NCBI GenBank assembly: GCA_964016885.1
Contig: OZ024742.1
Location: 163,122,001-163,186,000, forward strand
Source of the DNA: Eledone cirrhosa
Taxonomy: Eukaryota
DNA length: 64,000 bases
Direction of reading: 5' to 3'
In this document: positions 24,406 to 39,200 of the stretch, piece after piece
How the letters are laid out: each line of letters opens with the position of its first letter
Position numbering within the stretch: the stretch's first letter is position 1
Made by a program: the position numbers and the translations under genes
Notes under the pieces: model-generated
The model's database searches: none
What the model saw: the letters and a program-made list of their open reading frames with translations, nothing else
Told to the model about the DNA's origin: nothing

Positions 24406-27400
24406 GCTTTTTTTACAAATTATCTCCCCCCTGATTATTTTTACAATCTCCGCCTGATTTTTTTAAAAATTATCTTCCCTTGGCTGGCGGGAAATTATCT
24501 CCCCTTGGACGGCTGGAAATTATATCCCCTTGGAAGGATGGAAATTATCTCCCCTTGGACGGCTGGAAATTATCTCCCCTTGGACGGCTGGAAATTATCT
24601 CCCCTTGGACAGCTGGAAATTATCTGCCCTTGATTTTGTTTTTACAAATTATCTCCCCCTGATTTTTTTTACAAATTATCTCCACCTGATTTTTTAAAAA
24701 ATTATCTCCCCTTGGACGGCTGGAAATTATCTCCCCTTGATTTTTTTTACAAATTATCTCCCCCTGATTTTTTTTTACAAATTATCTCCCCCTGATTTTT
24801 TTTTACAAATTATCTCCCCCTGATTTTTTTTTACAAATTATCTCCCCCTGATTTTTTTTACAAATTATCTCCCCCTGATTTTTTTACAAATTATCTCCCC
24901 TTGGCTGGCTGGAAATTATCTCCCCTTGGAGGCTGGAATTTATCTCCTCTTGGACGGCTAGATATTACCTCCCCTTGGACGGCTGGAAATTATCTCCCCT
25001 TGATTTTTTTACAAATTATCTCCCCCCTATTTTTTTACAAATTATCTCCCCCTGATTTTTTTACAAATTATCTCCCCTTGGCTGGCTGGAAATTATCTCC
25101 CCTTGGACGGCTGGAAATTATCTCCTCTTGGACGGCTAGATATTACCTCCCCTTGGACGGCTGGAAATTATCTCCCCTTGATTTTTTTACAAATTATCTC
25201 CCCCCTATTTTTTTACAAATTATCTCCGCCTGATTTTTTTTACAAATTATCTCCGCCTAATTTTTTTAAATATTATCTTCCCTTGGCTGGCGGGAAATTA
25301 TCTCCCCTTGGACGGCTGAAAATTATCTCCCCTTGGACGGCTGGAAATTATCTCCCCTTGATTTTTTTTACAAATTATCTCCCCCTGATTTTTTTTTACA
25401 AATTATCTCCCCCTGATTTTTTTTACAAATTATCTCCCCCTGATTTTTTTTACAAATTATCTCCCCTTGGCTGGCTGGAAATTATCTCCCCTTGGAGGCT
25501 GGAATTTATCTCCCCTTGGACGGCTAGAAATTACCTCTCCTTGGACGGCTGGAAAATATGTCCTTGGACGGCTGGATATTATCTACCCTTGGACGGCTGG
25601 AAATTATCTCCCCTTGGACGGCTGGAAATTATCTCCCCTTGGACGGCTAGATATTACCTCCCCTTGGACGGCTGGAAATTATCTCCCCTTGATTTTTTTT
25701 ACAAATTATCTCCCCCTGATTTTTTTTTACAAATTATCTCCCCCTGATTTTTTTTTACAAATTATCTCCCCCTGATTTTTTTTTACAAATTATCTACCCC
25801 TGATTTTTTTTTACAAATTATCTCCCCCTGATTTTTTTTACAAATTATCTCCCCCTGATTTTTTTTTACAAATTATCTCCCCTTGATTTTTTTTTACAAA
25901 TTATCTACCCCTGATTTTTTTTACAAATTATCTCCCCCTGATTTTTTTTACAAATTATCTCCCCCTGATTTTGTTTACAAATTATCTCCCCCTGATTTTT
26001 TTACAAATTATCTCCCCCTGATTTTTTTTACAAATTATCTCCGCCTAATTTTTTAAATATTATCTTCCCTTGGCTGGCGGGAAATTATCTCCCCTTGGAC
26101 GGCTGAAAATTATCTCCCCTTGGACGGCTGGAAATTATCTCCCCTTGATTTTTTTTACAAATTATCTCCCCCTGATTATTTTTTACAAATTATCTCCCCC
26201 TGATTTTTTTTTACAAATTATCTCCCCCTGATTTTTTTTACAAATTATCTCCCCCTGATTTTTTTACAAATTATCTCCCCTTGGCTGGCTGGAAATTATC
26301 TCCCCTTGGAGGCTGGAATTTATCTCCCCTTGGACGGTTAGAAATTACCTCTCCTTGGACGGCTGGAAAATATGTCTCCTTGGACGGCTGGAAATTATCG
26401 CCCCTTGGACGGCTGGAAATTATCTCCCCTTGGACGGCTGGAAATTATCTCTCCTCGGACGGCTAGAAATTACCTCTCCTTGGACAGCTGAAAATTATCT
26501 CCCCTTGGACGGCTGGAAATTATCTCCCCTTGATTTTTTTTACAAATTATCTCCCCCTGATTTTTTTTTACAAATTATCTCCCCCTGATTTTTTTTTACA
26601 AATTATCTCCCCCTGATTTTTTTTTACAAATTATCTCCCCCTGATATTTTTTACAAATTATCTCCCCCTGATTTTTTTACAAATTATCTCCCCTTGGCTG
26701 GCTGGAAATTATCTCCCCTTGGAGGCTGGAATTTATCTCCCCTTGGACGGCTAGAAATTACCTCGCCTTGGACGGCTGGAAAATATGTCTCCTTGGACGG
26801 CTGGAAATTATCTCCCCTTGGACGGCTGGAAATTATCTCCCCTTGGACGGCTGGAAATTATCTCCCCTTGGACGGCTAGATATTACCTCCCCTTGGACGG
26901 CTGGAAATTATCTCCCCTTGATTTTTTTTACAAATTATCTCCCCCTGATTTTTTTTTACAAATTATCTCCCCCTGATTTTTTTTTACGAATTATCTCCCC
27001 CCGATTTTTTTTTACAAATTATCTCCGCCTGATTTTTTTTTAAAAATTATCTCCCCTTGAACGGCTGGAAATTATCTCCCCTTGGACGGCTGGAAATTAT
27101 CTCCCCTTGGACGGCTAGAAATTACCTCTCCTTGGACGGCTGAAAATTATCTCCCCTTGGACGGCTGCAAATTATCTCCCCTTGATTTTTTAACAAATTA
27201 TCTCCCCCTGATTTTTTTTTACAAATTATCTCCCCCTGATTTTTTTTTACAAATTATCTCCCCCTGATTTTTTTTACAAATTATCTCCCCCTGATTTTTT
27301 TACAAATTATCTCCCCTTGGCTGGCTGGAAATTATCTCCCCTTCGAGGCTGGAATTTATCTCCCCTTGGACGGCTAGAAATTACCTCTCCTTGGACGGCT

Positions 27401-29209
27401 GGAAAATATGTCCTTGGACGGCTGGATATTATCTACCCTTGGACGGCTGGAAATTATCTCCCCTTGGACGGCTGGAAATTATCTCCCCTTGGACGGCTAG
27501 ATATTACCTCCCCTTGGACGGCTGGAAATTATCTCCCCTTGATTTTTTTTACAAATTATCTCCCCCTGATTTTTTTTTACAAATTATCTCCCCCTGATTT
27601 TTTTTTACAAATTATCTACCCCTGATTTTTTTTTACAAATTATCTCCCCCTGATTTTTTTTACAAATTATCTCTCCCTGATCTTTTTTTACAAATTATCT
27701 CCCCCTGATTTTTTTTACCAATTATCTACCCCTGATTTTTTTTTACAAATTATCTCCCCCTGATTTTTTTTACAAATTATCTCCCCCTGATTTTTTTTAC
27801 AAATTATCTCCCCCTGATTTTTTTACAAATTATCTCCCCCCGATTTTTTTTACAAATTATATCCGCCTAATTTTTTTAAATATTATCTTCCCTTGGCTGG
27901 CGGGAAATTATCTCCCCTTGGACGGCTGAAAATTATCTCCCCTTGGACGGCTGGAAATTATCTCCCCTTGATTTTTTTACAAATTATCTCCCCCTGATTA
28001 TTTTTTACAAATTATCTCCCCCTGATTTTTTTTTACAAATTATCTACCTCTGATTTTTTTTACAAATTATCTCCCCTTGGCTGGCTGGAAATTATCTCCC
28101 CTTGGAGGCTGGAATTTATCTCCCCTTGGACGGTTAGAAATTACCTCTCCTTGGACTGCTGGAAAATATGTCTCCTTGGACGGCTGGAAATTATCTCCCC
28201 TGGGACGGCTGGAAATTATCTCCCCTTGGACGGCTGGAAATTATCTCTCCTCGGACGACTAGAAATTACCTCTCCTTGGACAGCTGAAAATTATCTCCCC
28301 TTGGACGGCTGGAAATTATCTCCCCTTGATTTTTTTTACAAATTATCTCCCCCTGATTTTTTTTTACAAATTATCTCCCCCTGATTTTTTTTTACAAATT
28401 ATCTCCCCCTGATTTTTTTTACAAATTATCTCCCCCTGATATTTTTTACAAATTATCTCTCCCTGATTTTTTTACAAATTATCTCCCCTTGGCTGGCTGG
28501 AAATTATCTCCCCTTGGAGGCTGGAATTTATCTCCCCTTGGACGGCTAGAAATTACCTCGCCTTGGACGGCTGGAAAATATGTCTCCTTGGACGGCTGGA
28601 AATTATCTCCCCTTGGACGGCTGGAAATTATCTCCCCTTGGACGGCTGGAAATTATCTCCCCTTGGACGGCTAGATATTACCTCCCCTTGGACGGCTGGA
28701 AATTATCTCCCCTTGATTTTTTTTACAAATTATCTCCCCCTGATTTTTTTTTACAAATTATCTCCCCCTGATTTTTTTTTACGAAGTATCTCCCCCTGAT
28801 TTTTTTTTACAAATTATCTCCGCCTGATTTTTTTTTAAAATTATCTCCCCTTGAACGGCTGGAAATTATCTCCCCTTGGACGGCTGGAAATTATCTCCCC
28901 TTGGACGGCTAGAAATTACCTCTCCTTGGACGGCTGAAAATTATCTCCCCTTGGACGGCTGCAAATTATCTCCCCTTGATTTTTTAACAAATTATCTCCC
29001 CCTGATTTTTTTTTACAAATTATCTCCCCCTGATTTTTTTTTACAAATTATCTACGCCTAATTTTTTTTACAAATTATCTCCCCCTGATTTTTTTTACAA
29101 ATTATCTCCCCCTGATTTTTTTTACAAATTATCTCCCCCTGATTTTTTTTTACAAATTATTTCCCCCTGATTTTTTTACAAATTATCTCCCCCCTGATTT
29201 TTTTTACAA

Positions 29210-31560
29210 TCTCCGCCTGATTTTTTTAAAAATTATCTTCCCTTGGCTGGCGGGAAATTATCTCCCCTTGGACGGCTGGAAATTATATCCCCTTGGAAGG
29301 ATGGAAATTATCTCCCCTTGGACGGCTGGAAATTATCTCCCCTTGGACGGCTGGAAATTATCTCCCCTTGGACAGCTGGAAATTATCTGCCCTTGATTTT
29401 GTTTTTACAAATTATCTCCCCCTGATTTTTTTTACAAATTATCTCCACCTGATTTTTTAAAAAATTATCTCCCCTTGGACGGCTGGAAATTATCTCCCCT
29501 TGATTTTTTTTACAAATTATCTCCCCCTGATTTTTTTTTACAAATTATCTCCCCCTGATTTTTTTTTACAAATTATCTCCCCCTGATTTTTTTTTACAAA
29601 TTATCTCCCCCTGATTTTTTTTACAAATTATCTCCCCCTGATTTTTTTACAAATTATCTCCCCTAGGCTGGCTGGAAATTATCTCCCCTTGGAGGCTGGA
29701 ATTTATCTCCCCTTGGACGGCTAGAAATTACCTCTCCTTGGACGGCTGGAAAATATGTCCTTGGACGGCTGGATATTATCTACCCTTGGACGGCTGGAAA
29801 TTATCTCCCCTTGGACGGCTGGAAATTATCTCCCCTTGGACGGCTAGATATTACCTCCTCTTGGACGGCTGGAAATTATCTCCCCTTGATTTTTTTTACA
29901 AATTATCTCCCCCTGATTTTTTTTTACAAATTATCTCCCCCTGATTTTTTTTTACAAATTATCTACCCCTGATTTTTTTTTACAAATTATCTCCCCCTGA
30001 TTTTTTTTACAAATTATCTCTCCCTGATCTTTTTTTACAAATTATCTCCCCCTGATTTTTTTTTACCAATTATCTACCCCTGATTTTTTTTTACAAATTA
30101 TCTCCCCCTGATTTTTTTTACAAATTATCTCCCCCTGATTTTTTTTACAAATTATCTCCCCCTGATTTTTTTACAAATTATCTCCCCCCGATTTTTTTTA
30201 CAAATTATATCCGCCTAATTTTTTTAAATATTATCTTCCCTTGGCTGGCGGGAAATTATCTCCCCTTGGACGGCTGAAAATTATCTCCCCTTGGACGGCT
30301 GGAAATTATCTCCCCTTGATTTTTTTACAAATTATCTCCCCCTGATTATTTTTTACAAATTATCTTCCCCTGATTTTTTTTTACAAATTATCTCCCTCTG
30401 ATTTTTTTTACAAATTATCTCCCCTTGGCTGGCTGGAAATTATCTCCCCTTGGAGGCTGGAATTTATCTCCCCTTGGACGGTTAGAAATTACCTCTCCTT
30501 GGACTGCGGGAAAATATGTCTCCTTGGACGGCTGGAAATTATCTCCCCTTGGACGGCTGGAAATTATCTCCCCTTGGACGGCTGGAAATTATCTCTCCTC
30601 GGACGACTAGAAATTACCTCTCCTTGGACAGCTGAAAATTATCTCCCCTTGGACGGCTGGAAATTATCTCCCCTTGATTTTTTTTACAAATTATCTCCCC
30701 CTGATTTTTTTTTACAAATTATCTCCCCCTGATTTTTTTTTACAAATTATTTCCCCCTGATTTTTTTTACAAATTATCTCCCCCTGATATTTTTTACAAA
30801 TTATCTCCCCCTGATTTTTTTACAAATTATCTCCCCTTGGCTGGCTGGAAATTATCTCCCCTTGGAGGCTGGAATTTATCTCCCCTTGGACGGCTAGAAA
30901 TTACCTCGCCTTGGACGGCTGGAAAATATGTCTCCTTGGACGGCTGGAAATTATCTCCCCTTGGACGGCTGGAAATTATCTCCCCTTGGACGGCTGGAAA
31001 TTATCTCCCCTTGGAGGGCTAGATATTACCTCCCCTTGGACGGCTGGAAATTATCTCCCCTTGATTTTTTTTACAAATTATCTCCCCCTGATTTTTTTTT
31101 ACAAATTATCTCCCCCTGATTTTTTTTACAAATTATCTCCCCCTGATTTTTTTTTACAAATTATTTCCCCCTGATTTTTTTACAAATTATCTCCCCCCTG
31201 ATTTTTTTTACAATCTCCGCCTGATTTTTTTAAAAATTATCTTCCCTTGGCTGGCGGGAAATTATCTCCCCTTGGACGGCTGGAAATTATATCCCCTTGG
31301 AAGGATGGAAATTATCTCCCCTTGGACGGCTGGAAATTATCTCCCCTTGGACGGCTGGAAATTATCTCCCCTTGGACAGCTGGAAATTATCTGCCCTTGA
31401 TTTTGTTTTTACAAATTATCTCCCCCTGATTTTTTTTACAAATTATCTCCACCTGATTTTTTAAAAAATTATCTCCCCTTGGACGGCTGGAAATTATCTC
31501 CCCTTGATTTTTTTTACAAATTATCTCCCCCTGATTTTTTTTTACAAATTATCTCCCCCT
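29210..31560 (+). repeat. Dispersed copy of ~19630-21980 (offset ~9579); a further related copy starts near 11000 (offset ~9058 to the 20 kb copy)
   Basis: ORF pairs 19665/29243 and 20160/29738 (9578); 20846/30425, 21258/30837 and 21668/31247 (9579). Shared rare GGACTGCGGG and TTACCTCCTCTT. Also 11028/20086 (9058) and 11789/20846, 12201/21258, 12611/21668 (9057). Confidence 0.85.
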
Positions 31561-31959
31561 GATTTTTTTTTACAAATTATCTCCCCCTGATTTTTTTTTA
31601 CAAATTATCTCACCCTGATTTTTTTTACAAATTATCAGTCCCTGATTTTTTTACAAATTATCTCCCCTTGGCTGGCTGGAAATTATCTCCCCTTGGAGGC
31701 TGGAATTTATCTCCCCTTGGACGGCTAGAAATTACCTCTCCTTGGACGGCTGGAAAATATGTCTCCTTGGACGGCTGGATATTATCTACCCTTGGACGGC
31801 TGGAAATTATCTCCCCTTGGACGGCTGGAAATTATCTCCTCTTGGACGGCTAGATATTACCTCCCCTTGGACGGCTGGAAATTATCTCCCCTTGATTTTT
31901 TTACAAATTATCTCCCCCTGATTTTTTTACAAATTATCTCCCCCTGATTTTTTTTACAA

Positions 31960-34900
31960 ATTATCTCCGCCTAATTTTTTTAAATATTATCTTCCCTTGG
32001 CTGGCGGGAAATTATCTCCCCTTGGACGGCTGAAAATTATCTCCCCTTGGACGGCTGGAAATTATCTCCCCTTGATTTTTTTTACAAATTATCTCCCCCT
32101 GATTTTTTTTTACAAATTATCTCCCCCTGATTTTTTTTACAAATTATCTCCCCCTGATTTTTTTTACAAATTATCTCCCCTTGGCTGGCTGGAAATTATC
32201 TCCCCTTGGAGGCTGGAATTTATCTCCCCTTGGACGGCTAGAAATTACCTCTCCTTGGACGGCTGGAAAATATGTCCTTGGACGGCTGGATATTATCTAC
32301 CCTTGGACGGCTGGAAATTATCTCCCCTTGGACGGCTAGAAATTATCTCCCCTTGGACGGCTAGATATTACCTCCCCTTGGACGGCTGGAAATTATCTCC
32401 CCTTGATTTTTTTTACAAATTATCTCCCCCTGATTTTTTTTTACAAATTATCTCCCCCTGATTTTTTTTTACAAATTATCTCCCCCTGATTTTTTTTTAC
32501 AAATTATCTACCCCTGATTTTTTTTTACAAATTATCTCCCCCTGATTTTTTTTACAAATTATCTCCCCCTGATTTTTTTTTACAAATTATCTCCCCTTGA
32601 TTTTTTTTTACAAATTATCTACCCCTGATTTTTTTTACAAATTATCTCCCCCTGATTTTTTTTACAAATTATCTCCCCCTGATTTTGTTTACAAATTATC
32701 TCCCCCTGATTTTTTTACAAATTATCTCCCCCTGATTTTTTTTACAAATTATCTCCGCCTAATTTTTTAAATATTATCTTCCCTTGGCTGGCGGGAAATT
32801 ATCTCCCCTTGGACGGCTGAAAATTATCTCCCCTTGGACGGCTGGAAATTATCTCCCCTTGATTTTTTTTACAAATTATCTCCCCCTGATTATTTTTTAC
32901 AAATTATCTCCCCCTGATTTTTTTTTTACAAATTATCTCCCCCTGATTTTTTTTACAAATTATCTCCCCCTGATTTTTTTACAAATTATCTCCCCTTGGC
33001 TGGCTGGAAATTATCTCCCCTTGGAGGCTGGAATTTATCTCCCCTTGGACGGTTAGAAATTACCTCTCCTTGGACGGCTGGAAAATATGTCTCCTTGGAC
33101 GGCTGGAAATTATCGCCCCTTGGACGGCTGGAAATTATCTCCCCTTGGACGGCTGGAAATTATCTCTCCTCGGACGGCTAGAAATTACCTCTCCTTGGAC
33201 AGCTGAAAATTATCTCCCCTTGGACGGCTGGAAATTATCTCCCCTTGATTTTTTTTACAAATTATCTCCCCCTGATTTTTTTTTACAAATTATCTCCCCC
33301 TGATTTTTTTTTACAAATTATCTCCCCCTGATTTTTTTTTACAAATTATCTCCCCCTGATATTTTTTACAAATTATCTCCCCCTGATTTTTTTACAAATT
33401 ATCTCCCCTTGGCTGGCTGGAAATTATCTCCCCTTGGAGGCTGGAATTTATCTCCCCTTGGACGGCTAGAAATTACCTCGCCTTGGACGGCTGGAAAATA
33501 TGTCTCCTTGGACGGCTGGAAATTATCTCCCCTTGGACGGCTGGAAATTATCTCCCCTTGGACGGCTGGAAATTATCTCCCCTTGGACGGCTAGATATTA
33601 CCTCCCCTTGGACGGCTGGAAATTATCTCCCCTTGATTTTTTTTACAAATTATCTCCCCCTGATTTTTTTTTACAAATTATCTCCCCCTGATTTTTTTTT
33701 ACGAATTATCTCCCCCCGATTTTTTTTTACAAATTATCTCCGCCTGATTTTTTTTTAAAAATTATCTCCCCTTGAACGGCTGGAAATTATCTCCCCTTGG
33801 ACGGCTGGAAATTATCTCCCCTTGGACGGCTAGAAATTACCTCTCCTTGGACGGCTGAAAATTATCTCCCCTTGGACGGCTGCAAATTATCTCCCCTTGA
33901 TTTTTTAACAAATTATCTCCCCCTGATTTTTTTTTACAAATTATCTCCCCCTGATTTTTTTTTACAAATTATCTCCCCCTGATTTTTTTTACAAATTATC
34001 TCCCCCTGATTTTTTTACAAATTATCTCCCCTTGGCTGGCTGGAAATTATCTCCCCTTGGAGGCTGGAATTTATCTCCCCTTGGACGGCTAGAAATTACC
34101 TCTCCTTGGACGGCTGGAAAATATGTCCTTGGACGGCTGGATATTATCTACCCTTGGACGGCTGGAAATTATCTCCCCTTGGACGGCTGGAAATTATCTC
34201 CCCTTGGACGGCTAGATATTACCTCCCCTTGGACGGCTGGAAATTATCTCCCCTTGATTTTTTTTACAAATTATCTCCCCCTGATTTTTTTTTACAAATT
34301 ATCTCCCCCTGATTTTTTTTTACAAATTATCTACCCCTGATTTTTTTTTACAAATTATCTCCCCCTGATTTTTTTTACAAATTATCTCTCCCTGATCTTT
34401 TTTTACAAATTATCTCCCGCTGATTTTTTTTTACCAATTATCTACCCCTGATTTTTTTTTACAAATTATCTCCCCCTGATTTTTTTTACAAATTATCTCC
34501 CCCTGATTTTTTTTACAAATTATCTCCCCCTGATTTTTTTACAAATTATCTCCCCCCGATTTTTTTTACAAATTATATCCGCCTAATTTTTTTAAATATT
34601 ATCTTCCCTTGGCTGGCGGGAAATTATCTCCCCTTGGACGGCTGAAAATTATCTCCCCTTGGACGGCTGGAAATTATCTCCCCTTGATTTTTTTACAAAT
34701 TATCTCCCCCTGATTATTTTTTACAAATTATCTCCCCCTGATTTTTTTTTACAAATTATCTACCTCTGATTTTTTTTACAAATTATCTCCCCTTGGCTGG
34801 CTGGAAATTATCTCCCCTTGGAGGCTGGAATTTATCTCCCCTTGGACGGTTAGAAATTACCTCTCCTTGGACTGCTGGAAAATATGTCTCCTTGGACGGC

Positions 34901-36290
34901 TGGAAATTATCTCCCCTTGGACGGCTGGAAATTATCTCCCCTTGGACGGCTGGAAATTATCTCTCCTCGGACGACTAGAAATTACCTCTCCTTGGACAGC
35001 TGAAAATTATCTCCCCTTGGACGGCTGGAAATTATCTCCCCTTGATTTTTTTTACAAATTATCTCCCCCTGATTTTTTTTTACAAATTATCTCCCCCTGA
35101 TTTTTTTTTACAAATTATCTCCCCCTGATTTTTTTTACAAATTATCTCCCCCTGATATTTTTTACAAATTATCTCCCCCTGATTTTTTTACAAATTATCT
35201 CCCCTTGGCTGGCTGGAAATTATCTCCCCTTGGAGGCTGGAATTTATCTCCCCTTGGACGGCTAGAAATTACCTCGCCTTGGACGGCTGGAAAATATGTC
35301 TCCTTGGACGGCTGGAAATTATCTCCCCTTGGACGGCTGGAAATTATCTCCCCTTGGACGGCTGGAAATTATCTCCCCTTGGACGGCTAGATATTACCTC
35401 CCCTTGGACGGCTGGAAATTATCTCCCCTTGATTTTTTTTACAAATTATCTCCCCCTGATTTTTTTTTACAAATTATCTCCCCCTGATTTTTTTTACGAA
35501 GTATCTCCCCCTGATTTTTTTTTACAAATTATCTCCGCCTGATTTTTTTTTTTAAATTATCTCCCCTTGAACGGCTGGAAATTATCTCCCCTTGGACGGC
35601 TGGAAATTATCTCCCCTTGGACGGCTAGAAATTACCTCTCCTTGGACGGCTGAAAATTATCTCCCCTTGGACGGCTGCAAATTATCTCCCCTTGATTTTT
35701 TAACAAATTATCTCCCCCTGATTTTTTTTTACAAATTATCTCCCCCTGATTTTTTTTTACAAATTATCTACGCCTAATTTTTTTTACAAATTATCTCCCC
35801 CTGATTTTTTTTTACAAATTATCTCCCCCTGATTTTTTTTACAAATTATCTCCCCCTGATTTTTTTTTACAAATTATTTCCCCCTGATTTTTTTACAAAT
35901 TATCTCCCCCCTGATTTTTTTTACAATCTCCGCCTGATTTTTTTAAAAATTATCTTCCCTTGGCTGGCGGGAAATTATCTCCCCTTGGACGGCTGGAAAT
36001 TATATCCCCTTGGAAGGATGGAAATTATCTCCCCTTGGACGGCTGGAAATTATCTCCCCTTGGACGGCTGGAAATTATCTCCCCTTGGACAGCTGGAAAT
36101 TATCTGCCCTTGATTTTGTTTTTACAAATTATCTCCCCCTGATTTTTTTTACAAATTATCTCCACCTGATTTTTTAAAAAATTATCTCCCCTTGGACGGC
36201 TGGAAATTATCTCCCCTTGATTTTTTTACAAATTATCTCCCCCTGATTTTTTTTTACAAATTATCTCCCCCTGATTTTTTTTTACAAATT
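31960..36290 (+). repeat. Dispersed ~4.3 kb copy of ~25250-29580 (offset ~6715)
   Basis: ORF pairs 26281/32996, 26694/33409, 27082/33797 and 27317/34032 (6715); 28077/34793, 28489/35205 and 28876/35592 (6716); 29243/35960 (6717). Confidence 0.85.
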
Positions 36291-39200
36291 ATCTCCCCCT
36301 GATTTTTTTTTACAAATTATCTCACCCTGATTTTTTTTACAAATTATCAGTCCCTGATTTTTTTACAAATTATCTCCCCTTGGCTGGCTGGAAATTATCT
36401 CCCCTTGGAGGCTGGAATTTATCTCCCCTTGGACGGCTAGAAATTACCTCTCCTTGGACGGCTGGAAAATATGTCTCCTTGGACGGCTGGATATTATCTA
36501 CCCTTGGACGGCTGGAAATTATCTCCCCTTGGACGGCTGGAAATTATCTCCTCTTGGACGGCTAGATATTACCTCCCCTTGGACGGCTGGAAATTATCTC
36601 CCCTTGATTTTTTTACAAATTATCTCCCCCTGATTTTTTTACAAATTATCTCCCCCTGATTTTTTTTACAAATTATCTCCGCCTAATTTTTTTAAATATT
36701 ATCTTCCCTTGGCTGGCGGGAAATTATCTCCCCTTGGACGGCTGAAAATTATCTCCCCTTGGACGGCTGGAAATTATCTCCCCTTGATTTTTTTTACAAA
36801 TTATCTCCCCCTGATTTTTTTTTACAAATTATCTCCCCCTGATTTTTTTTACAAATTATCTCCCCCTGATTTTTTTTACAAATTATCTCCCCTTGGCTGG
36901 CTGGAAATTATCTCCCCTTGGAGGCTGGAATTTATCTCCCCTTGGAAGGCTAGAAATTACCTCTCCTTGGACGGCTGGAAAATATGTCCTTGGACGGCTG
37001 GATATTATCTACCCTTGGACGGCTGGAAATTATCTCCCCTTGGACGGCTGGAAATTATCTCCCCTTGGACGGCTAGATATTACCTCCCCTTGGACGGCTG
37101 GAAATTATCTCCCCTTGATTTTTTTTACAAATTATCTCCCCCTGATTTTTTTTTACAAATTATCTCCCCCTGATTTTTTTTTACAAATTATCTCCCCCTG
37201 ATTTTTTTTTACAAATTATCTACCCCTGATTTTTTTTTACAAATTATCTCCGCCTGATTTTTTTTTACAAATTATCTCCCCTTGATTTTTTTTTACAAAT
37301 TATCTACCCCTAATTTTTTTTACAAATTATCTCCCCCTGATTTTTTTTACAAATTATCTCCCCCTGATTTTGTTTACAAATTATCTCCCCCTGATTTTTT
37401 TACAAATTATCTCCCCCTGATTTTTTTTACAAATTATCTCCGCCTAATTTTTTTAAATATTATCTTCCCTTGGCTGGCGGGAAATTATCTCCCCTTGGAC
37501 GGCTGAAAATTATCTCCCCTTGGACGGCTGGAAATTATCTCCCCTTGATTTTTTTTACAAATTATCTCCCCCTGATTATTTTTTACAAATTATCTCCCCC
37601 TGATTTTTTTTTACAAATTATCTCCCCCTGATTTTTTTTACAAATTATCTCCCCCTGATTTTTTTACAAATTATCTACCCTTGGCTGGCTGGAAATTATC
37701 TCCCCTTGGAGGCTGGAATTTATCTCCCCTTGGACGGTTAGAAATTACCTCTCCTTGGACGGCTGGAAAATATGTCTCCTTGGACGGCTGGAAATTATCG
37801 CCCCTTGGACGGCTGGAAATTATCTCCCCTTGGACGGCTGGAAATTATCTCTCCTCGGACGGCTAGAAATTACCTCTCCTTGGACAGCTGAAAATTATCT
37901 CCCCTTGGACGGCTGGAAATTATCTCCCCTTGATTTTTTTTACAAATTATCTCCCCCTGATTTTTTTTTACAAATTATCTCCCCCTGATTTTTTTTTACA
38001 AATTATCTCCCCCTGATTTTTTTTTACAAATTATCTCCCCCTGATATTTTTTACAAATTATCTCCCCCTGATTTTTTTACAAATTATCTCCCCTTGGCTG
38101 GCTGGAAATTATCTCCCCTTGGAGGCTGGAATTTATCTCCCCTTGGACGGCTAGAAATTACCTCGCCTTGGACGGCTGGAAAATATGTCTCCTTGGACGG
38201 CTGGAAATTATCTCCCCTTGGACGGCTGGAAATTATCTCCCCTTGGACGGCTGGAAATTATCTCCCCTTGGACGGCTAGATATTACCTCCCCTTGGACGG
38301 CTGGAAATTATCTCCCCTTGATTTTTTTTACAAATTATCTACCCCTGATTTTTTTTTACAAATTATCTCCCCCTGATTTTTTTTTACGAATTATCTCCCC
38401 CCGATTTTTTTTTACAAATTATCTCCGCCTGATTTTTTTTAAAAAATTATCTCCCCTTGAACGGCTGGAAATTATCTCCCCTTGGACGGCTGGAAATTAT
38501 CTCCCCTTGGACGGCTAGAAATTACCTCTCCTTGGACGGCTGAAAATTATCTCCCCTTGGACGGCTGCAAATTATCTCCCCTTGATTTTTTAACAAATTA
38601 TCTCCCCCTGATTTTTTTTTACAAATTATCTCCCCCTGATTTTTTTTTACAAATTATCTCCCCCTGATTTTTTTTTACAAATTATCTCCCCCTGATTTTT
38701 TTACAAATTATCTCCCCCTGATTTTTTTTACAATCTCCGCCTGATTTTTTAAAAAATTATCTTCCCTTGGCTGGCGGGAAATTATCTCCCCTTGGACGGC
38801 TGGAAATTATATCCCCTTGGAAGGATGGAAATTATCTCCCCTTGGACGGCTGGAAATTATCTCCCCTTGGACGGCTGGAAATTATCTCCCCTTGGACAGC
38901 TGGAAATTATCTGCCCTTGATTTTGTTTTTACAAATTATCTCCCCCTGATTTTTTTTACAAATTATCTCCACCTGATTTTTAAAAAAATTATCTCCCCTT
39001 GGACGGCTGGAAGTTATCTCCCCTTGATTTTTTTACAAATTATCTCCCCCTGATTTTTTTTACAAATTATCTCCCCCTGATTTTTTGTTACAAATTATCT
39101 CCCCCTGATTTTTTTACAAATTATCTCCCCCTGATTTTTTTTACAAATTATCTCCCCCTGATTTTTTTAAATATTATCTTCCCTTGGCTGGCGGGAAATT

